A stretch of DNA of 64,000 nt from Octopus vulgaris. Its lineage: Eukaryota. The DNA lies in assembly GCA_951406725.2 (NCBI GenBank), contig OX597828.1:9362001-9426000 (forward strand), in the 5' to 3' direction. Positions 27,990-43,127 of this stretch are shown one piece after another (position 1 is the stretch's first letter; each line of letters starts with the position of its first letter). The notes beneath the pieces are model-generated. The model had not been told where the DNA came from. It saw only the letters and a program-made list of their open reading frames with translations, and ran no database searches. Both the position numbers and the translations under genes were made by a program.

Positions 27990-29139
27990 CAGAAAGTTTC
28001 AGCAAAAACATGGTTGCAAATACCCTGTGGACAAGCCGATATGATCTGGATCTCGGTAACGGTGTTAAAACGGTAACATTTGACTAGCACTTTCATCTCC
28101 GGGAAGACATGGAAGTCTGCAGGTGTTAAATCTGGCCAATAGGGTGCGTTCAGAATTGATACGATGCCGTTTTTGGTGATCTCGGTGTCAAGGGGCATTG
28201 CCATCGTAAAGAATCCAAATCTCGCGCACCACAGATGCGGTTGCTTTCGCCAAATGTCCTCTCTCCAATGATGCAGTATAACCCTTGAATAACAATCTGA
28301 CCATGATGGGGTGGGGGGAACTTCTAGATGCACAATATGTCATAAAAATAAATACGATGAGCATGCCCTTGATTGAGCTGCGGCTTCGTTTTGCCTTCTA
28401 CGGTCGTGGTGGTGAAGGGCTCTTCCATCGTGACGACTGATGCTTCGTCTCGGTCATACTTGTAGACCCAACTCTGGTCACCGGTCATGGACTTCGACAT
28501 GAATAATGGGCCATCAGCGGCACGCTGACGGAGATCTTGGCAGATTTCGACGCTATGTTCTTCTCAGTGGTCAGCAGGTGGGGGACGAACATGAGAGATA
28601 CACGCCGCATGTTCAATTTACACGTTAGGATTGCCTGCACGGACCCTTAACACGAGCCAAGAAGATAACAATGTCGGTGATTGTACTCCTACAATCTTCA
28701 TCCACAAGCTGATGAATTTTCTCCCCATTTCTGGATTGACGATCGTGGCAGGTTTCCAGATCACTCATCGTCTTCCAGTGACATTCTTCCCTCTTCGAAG
28801 CGCTCGTGCTACATAAATGTTGCGTATGTCGCATTGCATCGTCGCCAGAAGCTTATCGGAGCAGGATCGATGTCTCTGCGGCACTGTAGCAGACTTTCCA
28901 AGTTTAATACAAGTTTCACGTTGGCTATTTGTTTCAACTTCCTGACCATGACAAAATCTCACACTACAGCATAGACGTGATCACAAAAACACAAATTTTA
29001 CATTTTGAGAACTAAACGCAGCGCACTGCCTTATGAAGGACATTGGTAGCTCTCATTCTGCACGTAGCCATGTAACCATGTGCTGCTATCTGTTGGCGCG
29101 CTTCAGAACTCATCCGGAATTTTTTTTGATAAGATCTCG
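27990..29139 (-). pseudogene. Degraded mariner transposon with one intact TIR
   Basis: NAPYWPDLTPADFHVFPEMK (YSPDLAPxD motif) in ORF 27947-28333; IKLGKSAT (HTH) in ORF 28765-28962; terminal cgagatcttatcaaaaaaattccgg (29114-29139, minus) next to TA. Confidence 0.8.
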
Positions 29140-29419
29140 TATTCTTTACAATTTTAGATGAAAATTCAAATCTATTCAATGCGTTTATATCACTGTATGT
29201 ATGTAACTATGTACACACATACATACACATACATATATTTATATAAATATCTATTTATACATGTGTATGTATATGTGTGTATGTATGATGAATCTTGTTG
29301 TGAAAGACAAATGAGGGCTCTGGAAAATAAAATTATATATCATGTTCTATGGACACGAATGTGTTCTGTTAAAGCCTGGTGCTGCCTTGCAAACCTTTCG
29401 CAAAATAGAAAAAGTTGAG

Positions 29420-29640
29420 GACTGTTTATTCGCTCGTGTGCTAGTGAATCATTTACTATGTTTTTTCTTAAGTGGACGGCAAGGGCTGCTTTGCTTCGTG
29501 TCACAAATCCACAATGACAGGTAAGGTTTCCATTTAGAGGAGTAGCGTTTTCCCGGTGTGATTTCATGTTTGTACGATGTTGGCCCCGATGATGAAGTTG
29601 ACTTTGCCCAAATCTTTGAATTAAGGTGAAGCAAGACACA
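29420..29640 (-). pseudogene. Probable 3' end of an RTE-clade LINE (C-terminal zinc-finger-like motif)
   Basis: LTCHCGFVTRSKAALAVHLRK resembles the C-x-CG-x3-S-x2-L-x2-H-x-R motif at the end of RTE ORFs. Confidence 0.45.
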
Positions 29641-29963
29641 CTAACCCGTTGTCAAGAGGCGATAGGGAGACAAATGCAACACAAAAACAGTCACACATTT
29701 ATATGTATTCTGTGGGTATGTTGTGTTCGTATGCTATGTATAAGTGTTTATATTTATTTATTTCACTGACAGATGGAGATCGTGCTACAGCGCTGATCAT
29801 GAAATCTTTTCAATATACAATTGAACCTTTTCTAAGAAATTTTGGCTTTGTTCATTCCTTCGGATCAGCGCGTCTGCATATTTGATAAAGTAGTTTGACT
29901 CTAGCGTACGTTTCCAGCATGTGGCTTTACTTATAGTAACAGTCCTTAATGCAATACTGTATT

Positions 29964-30009
<46 letters not shown>

Positions 30010-30076
30010 CGTATTAATTGTTTACGTTAATGACTTTACACGCTGGCTACTTGATAAAATTTTACATACATTTTAT

Positions 30077-30144
<68 letters not shown>

Positions 30145-31229
30145 GGCTTCTTTCAGTTTCTGTCTACCATACCAACCCACAAGATTTTGGTCGACTCCAC
30201 TCTATAGTAAAAGACAGTCACCGAAGGTGCTACGCAGTGTTACTTAAGCCGTGCCTGTATGTCTGCTTGCATTAACGGGACGGAAAATCCACTTGAAATA
30301 AATAAACTTTGCTAAACTAAACTTCCTAAATTTTCTACACAGTAGGATAGAACTTTAATCACATTGCTGGAAAGCGGTTATCACAGACACCCAGTTATTT
30401 CTGAACTTAATAATAATACGTCCTTGCTCGTCATTGTAAATCATAATATGCATTACTGCTGGCCATGATCACTTTTATACTTTCATTATTCATGCCCGCA
30501 AAATTCTGTTCGTATTTCCACTCCAAACGGCCGATATTGAGATCGATTTAAGTGACTAGACTAACTCCAAAGTAAATCCAGTTTTATGCTCATTCTAATA
30601 CTATGATTAAACCTGCTCATTATATTACTACCTACAACATTACGTGTACTATCTGCAAAAATGAAACATGCGTTTATATTCATTATACGTTTTATGAATT
30701 ATTGTTTTAATTATAACCTTCTTTTAAATGATCGATGAGTTTGGTTTTCGATCGGTATTTATGCCATTGCAAAACGCACGTATCTTTGTTTACGATCATG
30801 TTTTTCAGGCATAATTATTATGGAAAATGCTTTCACAATTAAATTGATTCTTCTTGATTACTCGGTAGTAAACCTTTTGGTGAATATTGATCTTGAATCA
30901 AGCGTGTACGTTGATCTGACTATAGATTCCAAAAGAACTCTAGACAATGTGTCTTTAAAGATTTTCAAACAAATGTATTAGTCTCCAATGAGAAACTGTA
31001 GAAATTCAAAATTATTTCTACTTACACTGTTGGAATATTAATCATGAAATAAAAACATAACACACAACAACCGTTATCGTAAATAGCAATATCACTACTA
31101 GTACTACAACAACAACAACCTCTACTACTACTACCACTACCACTGCTGCTGCTGCTGCTACTATTAATAATAATAATAATAATGACAACAACAACTACAA
31201 CAACAGTAATAATAATAATAATAATAATG

Positions 31230-31291
<62 letters not shown>

Positions 31292-31299
31292 TATAATAA

Positions 31300-31640
31300 C
31301 GACGTTTTTCTTATTAGTCATAAGTGCCGAACACTAAACAAAAGGGGACGATACAAAACAAGGGACATGTGAGGTTTAGCACAAGAATACGTTTATACAA
31401 ATAAAGCAATAGCAATAAAGAACAAAATTTAAACAATAAAATTCCCTAAATGGAAGTAGTCCGACCTCAGGCCGAAATGCCACACTTTCTGGTCCCTCTA
31501 ACCTCCAAGGGTACCCGAGGCAGGGACCTCTCGCGTTCTAAACTCCTCCAGTCAATAGGCGTTCGTTCAGAGTAGATCCATTCACAAGGGCCATCCTTGC
31601 CCTCGCCATATTCAGCCACCTTTCAGCAAAAATACTGGTT
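31300..31640 (-). mobile_element. Possible 3' fragment of a Tx1/L1-like LINE
   Basis: Minus translation FAERWLNMARARMALVNGSTL, then a T-rich UTR ending aataagaaaaa next to an (ATT)n tract. Confidence 0.35.
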
Positions 31641-32219
31641 AGGTGGGGGTGTTAGCACTTCCCGCTCCACCTTCACTTGCCTTTTCAGGTGGAACCTGTA
31701 AAAGTTGATTAAGGCTTGGCCAAAAAGGTGAGTATCTCTCTACAGTCCTTATATTATTTTGCGTTTGGTTGAAGTTTTGTGTTGCTGTACATCGTCTAAT
31801 AAACTTTGAAGAATATTCTGACACGAAAACTACATATGATTGCTTTAAAGCAAAATATTGATCTCTCCGTCCATGTAGCTAGCAAAACTGCAAATCATTG
31901 AAACACTATGTCTCGTCTGAATTCAATTAAATTGATACCCTTTTACAGAAATTATGATGACGCCTTGTATGCATTGTATATAAAAATATATTACAATATA
32001 AGCTTCTATACTGTCTAGAGGTTTCTCTTTGTATTTGTAAACCACTTCAGTCATGATAGTAGCAAAATTTTCGAGGCCAGTGTGGCAAATATTGTTAATG
32101 TTTCTCTTGAACAATAGCTTGTCTATGACTAGAAATAATTATGAAGATATTCGAGTTGTCCAACTTTTTGTTCGGATAGTGATGGTGATGGTTGCTGCTG
32201 TTGCTGTTGCTGTTGGGCG

Positions 32220-32515
32220 AACGGTCTTCGTCCCAGGGCTCGGAGGATGGGAGAAGTCCGATACGTGGTTCTTTGCTATTCGTAAAACCCGCAGAAGAGA
32301 ACGCAGGTCAACCCCCGACACCAAGAGCATCGACGGATGGATGAATGCGCACCCAGGTTCAGTGGTTGCGTAGGAAGTCGGGGACAAGAAATAGGAAGAA
32401 AGAGTGAGAGAAAGTTGGGGCGAAAGAGTACAACAGGGGTCGCCACCACCCCCTGCCGGAACCCAGATTAGCTTTAGGTGTTTTCGCTCAATAAACACAC
32501 ACAACACGCGGTCTG
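32220..32515 (-). mobile_element. SINE family C copy
   Basis: Shares ttaggtgttttcgctcaataaacac and gagagaaagttg.ggcgaaagagtaca with the 11770, 43420 and 49020-49120 copies. Confidence 0.7.
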
Positions 32516-32959
32516 ATAGGGATGGCAATGGAGTTGGTGGGTGTCTATATGCGTTGGGTTTAGAGCATAAACTGACAATTAACAAAATATTTTTCCCAAC
32601 TAGGAAGACAGACAGTTATGTGGGAATGCCTGAGTGGAGTTGGCTCCTGGCCAGGCAGAGCTGAGGAGCACAAGATTTTTTAGTAGTCGTAAAACTTGAG
32701 TGTGCTGGAATGCGACATCAAGCGAATGATGCTCAGATTGTTGATATGCATTTAAGGATGTCAAAATGCAGAGAAGCCAAAAGAATTACATTCATAGCAT
32801 CCTTAAAGACTCTAGGTGCAGGCTGCACATATTTTAGGGGAAAGGAATTAAGTTAATGCTTTGTGCATATGTGCAGGGATTGTGTCATACATATTCACTT
32901 TGTACATTATTTACATTATTTACATTTGACGGATATTCGGCGTCATCGTGTTTGTTGTT

Positions 32960-33005
32960 AACACAACGTTTCGGCTGATATACCCTCCAGCCTTCATCAG
33001 GTGTC
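32960..33005 (-). ncRNA. Minimal type I hammerhead ribozyme motif, canonical CUGAUGA core
   Basis: Minus strand: gacac-CTGATGA-a-ggctg(gagggtatat)cagcc-GAAA-cg-TT-gtgtt; stems I and II pair, palindromic ACGU stem III. Confidence 0.8.
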
Positions 33006-33052
33006 TTGGGGAAATTTCGAACCTAAGTTCTCATTCCTAAGGTATTTTTCGA

Positions 33053-33269
<217 letters not shown>

Positions 33270-34107
33270 GAGTGAGAGAGCAGTGCATGCCATCAAAGTG
33301 ACACTGGGGTAAAATATACGAAGCCCAGTATACCCAAAATGACTACCCGTCTGATAAGGGTATACTAGGCACATGCATCACAACCATATTTGCGCGACAT
33401 GGTGATCTCATATCAAGATAAACAGCGCATGACCTTGCAGGTGGGGCCCAGTTAGAATTTTCATCTGGTCGAATAAACCATTCTACGTCCCCACGCTCAG
33501 ATAGTGTCAAACCATATGCTAATTAACCTAAAGCTGGGACCTTGAAAAGTGCTACTACTCCGGGTCATAGTAGGCCTGGAAACTGCAGTGGCTAAGTGAT
33601 GGTTCAACCCTCTTCAAATCCCCCAAATTCCTAAAACGGAGCTCCTGTACCGAGTTGTCTTTGAAGTCATACAGATATGAAAATGCTATTAAAGTCGTCA
33701 GTTTTATATTTTCTCATTCACACAGTTATCTATACGATTATAAATCTCTCTAATCCATTAAAATAGTGTTTATTGGAAGATTTTGATATTTGTGACCTCC
33801 TTTTCCTTGCCTGTATGTATATATTTCTTTCTCCTTTTCTTTCTCTTTCTTGTCTCTCTGTCCTTCGCACTCTTCCCCTTCTCTCTGTCCTCCCCTTCCT
33901 CTTTTCTCTTTCTTCTTTTCTAAATAAAACAAAACAACGTTCTCTTTTCCATTTCTATGAAAGGCTAAAGTAATTTTCTTTGCATCATATCTCAAGAGTT
34001 TGATTGAACGGACTAAAGCGCTGATAAAGAATTATCCAAAATTTTGACTTTAATCTTCATATATACATTTATATATGAAGATTTATCTTCATACATACAT
34101 TTGTAAA

Positions 34108-34508
34108 GGCGGCGAGCGGACAGAATCCTTAACTCATCGGGCGAAATGCTTTGCAGTATTTCGTCTGCCGCTACGTTCTGAATCCAAATTCCGCCGAGGT
34201 CGACTATGCCTTTCATCATTACGGGGTCGATTAAATAAGTACCAGTTACGCACTGCGGTCGACATAATCGACTTAATCTGTTTGTCTGTCCTTGTTTGTT
34301 CTCTCAGTGTTTAGCCCCTTGTGGGTAGTAAAGAAATAGGTGTTTTGTTTGCCGTTACGTTCTGAGTTCAAATTCCGCTGAGGTCGACGTTGCTGTCATC
34401 CTTTCGGTGTCGATTACATAAGTGCCAGTTACGCACTGGGGCTGATGTAATCGACTTCCTCCATTTGTCTGTCCTTGTTTGCCCCCATTTATGTTTAGCC
34501 CCCTCGGG
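34108..34508 (+). mobile_element. SINE family A: head plus two tandem units
   Basis: ggcggcgagcggacagaat head; units joined at gtagtaaagaaatagg|tgtttt. Confidence 0.85.
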
Positions 34509-35708
34509 GTATATATATATATATATATATATCATCTGATCCAATCAATACAAACATGTATACGCACATATAAATTAATTAAGCAAACAAATTTGCATAT
34601 ATATATACACACATATACTGCCCATATACTCTCATATTTATAACAATAATGTATAAGTATGTTTGTGAGCGAAGTCACCTTTTTCGAATGTTTTCTTGAT
34701 CTCACTTGATAATTCTTTTCGTGATTTGAAATAAAAATGTACTACTCAAGATTAGTACACGGATCTTGTTATATGAATTTAAACATCTTTTTTAGCATGC
34801 CTATCTCCAAATTGAGGTATAAAATGACCGCGAATAACCAAATTATTGAACTCTGCGATGTCATCGTTATTGTTCTCGAAATATAAATGCTGTTTCTCAC
34901 AAGTAATGTCTTCCAAGTGGGGAAAATTATATGAACAATGCCGACAGCATTTCACAGAACGACTTTCAAATATGCAATATTATATAAGCATTGCTGCAAA
35001 ATTGTTTTGCCTTAAATCTAGGAAATTTGCGAGATGATGGGCCTTCCAAAACTTTATAATATCTTAACTGAATTATTACCCAAAGCGTTTATATTAATAA
35101 TGACGTTGAACTGGAAACATTTGCAATGGGATTATGTCACGTCTGATTTGGTAACGTTTCAAACTTTATCATTCACGCGTTTATCAATATTATACTGAAA
35201 CTCTCTACAAACATGTATGAGAATTTTTTGACGCAATCTGGGGTTTGTGACAACTTTCCGCTTGCAGATTTTGAGGTATAACGGCACTAAGTTTAGTTAA
35301 ACACTTTATTTTTCATATGTAGATTGAATGATGTAGTTAATATCATTGCTTCACTTATATTTCATACAATATATTGCCCGATAAGTAAAGGCACATATAT
35401 TTATGCACACATAACTACATACTTAATAGCATATACATATAACAGTTTACATATTGAGTGTTTGTATGTATGTATGTATGAATGAATCTATTTATTCAAA
35501 CATATATATGTGCACATATACATAGAGGAATATATAAATATAGCTATATTTACCTAATTAACTTAACTTCTCTGCAATTAAGAAAATTATACAATTAAGG
35601 AAAATGTATTAGTTCAATTATTAAATTACATACAAACACTCTCCCACACACTCAAATCTACACATATGTACACAATTACGCTTGTCTGTGTGTGTGTGTG
35701 TGTATGTG

Positions 35709-35747
<39 letters not shown>

Positions 35748-36435
35748 AATGCATTGACATTTTAATGACTGCACTACAGTTTAAATGTAAAACATGAATA
35801 TAATTGTCTAGAATAAGGTCTCAGGAGCCTGCATTCCTTACCATATATATTGCAAACATTTACTTAACAAACAGGGATATAAAAAAACTGGTGATTCGGG
35901 GAATTTTTTAATGTATTTTGTGCTTATTTTACACAAATTGCTTAAGGATGAACCCTATGTGAAGTTATCTGCTCACTTCAATTAGAACAATTGGTGAAAT
36001 ATCCCCAAACCTCGCTCTCCCTACAGCAAATAAAACATCAAATCAGATTTATTGGTAAAGTGTAATCTGTGAGAATTAACAGTACATTTAATGTTCTTTC
36101 ATGCGAAATAGAGTACTCAGTCTAGCATTAGTCATAGTTGTTAGAGGTAATGAAAGATAAATGAATGTGATAACGTGAACAAACTTTCGTCTGTCAGTGT
36201 AAATATATACATAGACACATGCACTCATACACAGACACCGCCAAACACAGATACACATGTATATACTTACATACACACGGACATTTAAAATACATATGCA
36301 TAAATTCATATTCGTGTACGTATGTATATGTTTGCATATGAGAAACTGTGCGTGTGTGTGTGTATGTATTAATATATATATATATGTGTGTGTATATTTG
36401 TATGTATGTATATATATATATATATAGATAGATAT

Positions 36436-36482
<47 letters not shown>

Positions 36483-36949
36483 TAGATATAGATTGATAGA
36501 TAGATAGATAAATAGATAGACCGATAGACAGATAGATCGATAGATATATAGATGTGTGACAGTGTGTACAGACACACACACACTGTCACACACACGCACC
36601 CACACAAATATATATGTACAAACATTATATACATGCGTACGTTTTTTTTTTGTATTTATAGGTTTATATATTGTCTTTCTGAGCGAAAGCATATATGTAT
36701 ATAATTGCATTGATTATTAATGAGGTAGAACATACATAAATGCATACATATATACATATATGTGTGTGTATGTGTGTGTTTGTGCGTGTGTGTCTGAGTG
36801 CATGTCTGTGCATTTGTGTGTGTGTGTTGTATATGAATATGATACACTCTCTTACTTTCTTGTCAGATACAAATATTGAATATGTACACGTACTTTTATA
36901 AACTGATCTGTATTTACTGATTTGTAGGCTAGAGTAGATATAGTGGTGA

Positions 36950-38200
36950 TGAGGTCAAGTAGACCGAAACTTATGTCCCTTTTCCAACAAAGATCACACT
37001 GTTCTTTCACATAACATGTAAATGGACTCGAGAATTTTATTCTCAATTTCTTGTCATCATCGCTTTGTCTTTCTAAGAGGTGTTAAAATATCATTTGATT
37101 TTCTAACTGAGGGAAACTTCAGCTTATTAAATATTTATTACGTCGTTGTTTTTTTCCTGTGTTATTGCAGTTGTGATTTTATTTATATAGTTGGTGCGGG
37201 TGGAGTTGACTCTGTTGTCAAAATAATTGACAGAATAGAAACCAACTATGCCTTTCAATTCTCGTGCATGTAGTACGGTTCTAGCATTCAGTTCTACCTC
37301 ATGTATAGCACACGCTTTTTTATTGCCTTCTACCGAAGCTTTTTTCTGGTTCACATTCATCGATGAACGATGTTAGTGTTTGTCATTTGGCTAACATAAG
37401 TGAGTAGTACTCACATATTCGTTGGACGTCTGATCCAGTTTGAATGGCAGTCGATTGAATTTCGATGAGCTGCCTATGTTATTCCAAGTTTATTTTTATC
37501 AACTTTATACGCGCATGTATTTATCCCTCATGTGCTGTAATCTATGATACAAATTCCACTGTGTTTTTGGTAATTAAGTATTTTACAGAGTTTCACAATA
37601 TTTCTAATAGCTTTCAATCGAGGTATTATTCTTCAGATCAAGTTGGTAGGACTCTCTCGAATCTTTTTTCCTCCGTTTCACCATATTATTTTGAAACACA
37701 TCTAGTTTTATGTCATTATTGAGTTTTGTATCCACCTTGCTTTACGGTTCAACTCAATGTCAACTATGCTATGGAGTACATTTGACTTACGTCGACATGC
37801 TATAGCAAAATCCTCTCTGGGTACAGAATACATGAATTCTTTACACGACTAAGGAGTTTCTAGTATTTGGGTTCGTATGCCATCCAAATCAGTGGTATTT
37901 ACTTGCGTAATATCTTTGTTATCTCTATAACGGTTGGTGGGACCTCTGCTCTTGATGTTGCTGGCAACCCATAGATATATAGTCAAAATTCCGATGTTTA
38001 TGTTAGAGTAATGATCTACGCTTGTGTTGCTCTTTCAATTTTTGTTCCGTTTTGTTTAGCCGGTTAATGGCTTGCGTTGAAGAACTATTGAGGAAAGTCA
38101 TTCTTATCCCTACTAGTTCTATCGCTAAACCTTTCCTAATACATTCATTTATATTGGTGATAAACTCTTCCTTCAATGTTCCCCTATTACTTTTTCTTAC
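36950..38200 (-). pseudogene. Highly degraded R4/Dong-like retrotransposon fragment
   Basis: ORF 37127-37360 reads LHARELKGIVGF..DNRVNSTRTNYINKI, resembling WL..G.LK.ETEGF..QDQ..TRNY...I of R4-clade ORFs; boundaries approximate. Confidence 0.3.
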
Positions 38201-39589
38201 CTAAACGCTATTGATTCTGATATAAATTATCCGAGTCAGTGTGCCCTACGTTCGAAGTCTGACGATTGCCGCCGTCAACTGCATGGCGGCTTAGACTTGA
38301 TTAACGATTTCGAATTACATCGGAGAAATTTATTAAATACTGAGAAACTAAATGTAATATCGGCAATCAAGGTGTACGTTACAGGTATATAACAACAACA
38401 GCAGCAACAACAACAACAACAGTCATAATCAATTCTACTGGGCCTGACATTTTGGATGAAGGTGTTAGACGATTATTTCAACACAATGCTCGACTGGTAC
38501 TTATTTCACTTACATCGGCGTAATTTGAACTAGAAAAGGAAAAACAGGCGAAATGCCGTCAAAGGCATTTGCTTAATTCATGATCTTGGAGAGAGCATCA
38601 TGTCTGTCGGTATACAGCTTGCAATTTATGAAACTGATTTCAAATCTGCATTCTAACGCAAATTGTACTATATTCTAAGCGCAAAACTGCCCTTGTTTAT
38701 GTTTAAAGATCGTTGTATTTAAATCCACAATGTTTACATTCCTATATGACTCTCTTTCTGTTATCCTCCTTTATTCCGTTTTCCTCCATCTGTGATCATT
38801 TTTTTCCCTTTCCTCACACAGCAACGAACTTCCCCGCCAGAGTTCCTAATTTTCTCTTGGTCTATATTGCTCCTTCTATCTCATTTTTCTCTGACTCTCG
38901 GTGATATTTTTGCTGCTTTTGTTTTCCGATATAGGACTAAAAGGTTCCCTACGCTGCCTTAATCATTATTTTTACGGCCATGGCGAGAGTAGCATGTATA
39001 TCTGTGTACAAGTTGTATTTATGAAACCTATTTAAATTTGAATTCCAATTTAAATTTACATTCTAACCTAAATTGGGCTATATTTTCATCGTAAAAAGTT
39101 TTTACTTTGTTTGAAGATCGCTATATGTTTATATTAATCCCAAAACGTTTTATTTACTATATCACTATTTCTCTCTCACTTTTGTTTTTCATACCCTACG
39201 TGTAGAGTTGTCACAATAGTCGCTGATGTAGGGATATTTAGTAACATTGTGGGATAGAAAACTAGACGCGTGTAAGGGCGGGTTAAATCTGATGAGTCAT
39301 CAGCCACCCATATAGTCTGTTTTTGTTTCTATCAGTAGTGCTTCTGATGAAGCTATTAAGCCTTGATATACCAGAATGAATAAGAATGAAAACCCTCAGA
39401 ACAAAACGAAGGAGGGGTACGTTAACCTTGATTGATAATCTACTCGTATTACTCGTTACCGTAATTATTATAAGTGTAATACTAAATGAAAATTAATTAC
39501 TCTAAAGTTTATGAGATCCGAACCACAACTGAAGTTCTCTTTCATGGAGTTTTCCCACTGTGTAGCAGGGTGGGTGAAGCAGGTACGCA

Positions 39590-40760
39590 AATACTACAAG
39601 AAAGATTAGCAGATTGACTCAGAACGACAATAGGACTGTAATGGAATGCTATTATAGAATTAATCCGACAAAAGAAGGGTACAAGTATATATAAAATATA
39701 GAGAGAAAAAATACATATTCTACATCACAGATCCCGAATTGTAGCGCAGAAAAATACGGTCATCAAAAGACAGTGGTCATCTCATTTGGGACTGGAGAAA
39801 TTCTCCACAGTATTGAAAGAGTTTGAACATGATTGTGCTGAGCACGAAGGAAAGGAAGCAGAACAAAATCACGGAGTGAGAAAATAAATCCCCACAAAAG
39901 AAACAGCTGCCATGATGAAGACAATTTTAATTCCCAAAACGAAAGATAGTTAGTAGAAAGGAACTTACTACAACGTCTGAATAAGGCATGAAACAGCGAT
40001 GTAAGTTAGCTACCAGGTGTTACATGTATCGAAAGAGGAAAACATGAGTATAGACAAAAATGGACAAACTATTAATGAAAACCTATATTGAAAATAGTTG
40101 TAGGAGTGGGTGTGTGGTAAGTAGCTTGCTAACCAACCACATGGTTCTGGGGTCAGTCCCACTGCGTGGAATCTTGGCAAGTGCCTTCTACTATAGCGTC
40201 GGGCCGACCAAAGCCTTGTGAGTGGATTTGGTAGACGGAAATTGAAAGAAGCCCGTCGTATATATGTGTATATATATGTATGTTTGTGTATATGTTTGTG
40301 TATGTGTGTTTGTCTCGCAGCATCACTTGACAACCGATGCTGTTGTGTTTACATCCCCGTAACTTAGCGGTTCGGCAAAGGAGATTGATAGAATAAGTAC
40401 CAGGCTCACAAAGAATAAGTCATGGGGTCGATTTGCTCGACTAAAGGCGGTGCACTAGCATGGCCACAGTCAAATAACTGAAACAATTAAAAACAAAAAA
40501 TAAAACAGATCTAAACCCCCTACTATAGTGCGCAACTTTCGTCATTGTGCAAATTCTTTGAGTTAAATCTAAATGAAAACGAAGGACAAGGTCCCATGGA
40601 GAGAACGAAAACTCGAGTACCAAACTGGACTCACGAAGAATATTGGGCGAATAAATGTAATAGCTGCCCTGAACTCTTTCTGAAATGGACGACGGTTGAG
40701 TTGCTAACAGTGCAAAATGTACACGATCTTGAAATTAATAATCTACCAAGAATTGGAGGA
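39590..40760 (+). pseudogene. Degraded 5' part of an R4/Dong-like retrotransposon, interrupted by a SINE
   Basis: Plus-strand LTQNDNRTVMECYYRINPTKEGYK matches the R4/Dong N-terminal WT.E.N..VM.CYY...P...GY motif; PNW...NKCNSCPELFLKWTT in ORF 40545 resembles the pre-RT region. Confidence 0.5.
40101..40490 (+). mobile_element. SINE family B
   Basis: Full-length alignment with the 23298 and 55356 copies. Confidence 0.85.
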
Positions 40761-40910
40761 AATGTAGGAGGCGGAATATTACTAAATAGAGAAGGTACTG
40801 CCAATGGCATCATACTGAAAGAAGAAGAAGAAGAAGAAGAAGAAGAAGAAGAAGAAGAAGAAGAAGAAGAAGAAGAAGAAGAAGATGATGATAATAATGA
40901 TGATTATGAC

Positions 40911-40960
<50 letters not shown>

Positions 40961-41257
40961 GATGGAAGAGAAACAAACCTGATAATATAGGAATGTTATA
41001 AAAAAATCATGCCGATAAATACGTAGGCACAAACACAGGCTTACAAATATGGCTACTATACAGAAAACAACACAACTTGGCATCGCACACATATTACATC
41101 GGGTTCTTTCTATATTTATGAAACAGCAAATCTAAAACAAAGCGCGGAATACGACCATAGCGCATGGTACAGAAGTCGGTACTGCAACGAAAGCTCACAA
41201 TAAAATTAAGGCGAAGTGATGATGATAATGATAATAATAATAATAATAATAATAATA

Positions 41258-41311
<54 letters not shown>

Positions 41312-43127
41312 GTCAACGCCTTTCCCAATGGCAATCATAATTATTTTTAATAAGCACGTGAACCCATGCATCAGGGATTGTTATAGCCAATTAATATCGA
41401 TTTCTTACATTAGTACTGCCATTTCTATTTATCTATCGATATAAGGCTGTTACTGATTTTATCTGGCTCCCAGTGTTGAAAGATAAAACTCAGCCCCCCC
41501 CACTTTCTCGTATTAGGTTCAAATCCATCGTCAGGATCAAGTTTATCATTTGTACATCTGGGGGTTCATAAAATTTATTAACATCAATATTACTGTAATC
41601 GATTCAGTCGTTTATTTCCCTGTGGGCTTCCGTAAATGTAAAGTCTTCTTCGTCATCATCATCAGCATCACCATCATCATCGTTGTCGTCGTCGACGTCA
41701 TCATCATCTCTACTACCACTGCCACCATCCCCACCGGTGGCACCACACTATCAATACCACCACAGCCACCGCCACTGCCACCGTTACTACCATCTTCGTT
41801 GGTGAAATCGTCGTCGTCACCACCATCATCATCATCATCATCACCACCATCACAGTCACTAGGACTGACACCAAGATCGTCCTCATACGCATCCTCCTCC
41901 TTTTTTTCCTTCTTCTTCATCTCATTCTTCTTCTACTTCTTCTCCTCCTTCTTCTTCTTCTTCTTCTTCTTCTTCTTCTTCTTCTTCTTCTTCTTCTCCC
42001 TCTTCTCCTCCTCCTCCTCCTCATCATCATCATCATCATTGTCATCCCCAAAAGCGTGATGATGACCATCATCATAATTGTCGTTATCATTATATCATCA
42101 TTTCCATCTTTAATGGCTATCTTATCAATAACACCAGCATCATCTTTAACCCCTCTAATACTTTTGTGGCTGCTCAATGCAGTACGATTTCTCCTTGGAA
42201 ATGAATCAATAAGAAATTGCCTCAATAGTAATTTACCTAAAACTAACACTGTAAAGAAAACACCATGCAAGGCGTATATTAGGGAATTGTCGCTTGATAT
42301 CTTATTCTCTTGTATAACACTATTTGAACATAGATATATATATTAGTATTTTCAAAATTCTTTGTATCCCAGATTGAAAATATTTATTGGTTCATATTTT
42401 TTCGAATTAGGAAATTCATTTTTGGTAACCATATTGTTTTAATACTTACATTTCAGCTTTATCGTCACCTCGAAAATAAGTTTGAAAATTATCCTTCTAA
42501 TGATATTCTTGTTATGGCATCTTTCTATATTGTCATTTCTCAATAAAAGATAGACTGATTTATAAAACTACTATCTTCAGTTAAAGGTAATGAAAATTTG
42601 AGTGGGTATATATGATTTCTGCAGTGAAAAGCATGTCATTCTAATATATTACACTGGATTCGATCACGGTTAGATTAGATCAGATATATCTTAGCTATTT
42701 TAGCAAATACACACATACCGAGGTTGTTGAATTTATAATACATTCAGAATATATCAATATGTTCATTGCACCGCAGCAAAAATCTACTATTCGCGCCTTA
42801 GTGTATGAAATGAGTTAGGTAAACTCAATGCAGCAGTGAGGAGGTCGCAGTGCTGCAACGTAATCATGACATCTGTAGAAACAAAACGAAAATTGTGATG
42901 AGTATATTTTGCTTCCAGATGGTGTAAATGGCTCTTCGAAACTGTAATTCATTTAGATGCTACAGACGATCTCATTCATTGTCACTTCAATTAGAAAAAC
43001 TCCACCGAAAGTGTAATGACGATTTTTATTCACTAGTCAACTGACTTACTCAGAAAATATCAATGAGGGATCTGAAGCAGATTGTAGGCAAAAAATGCCT
43101 ATATATATACATATATATATATATATT

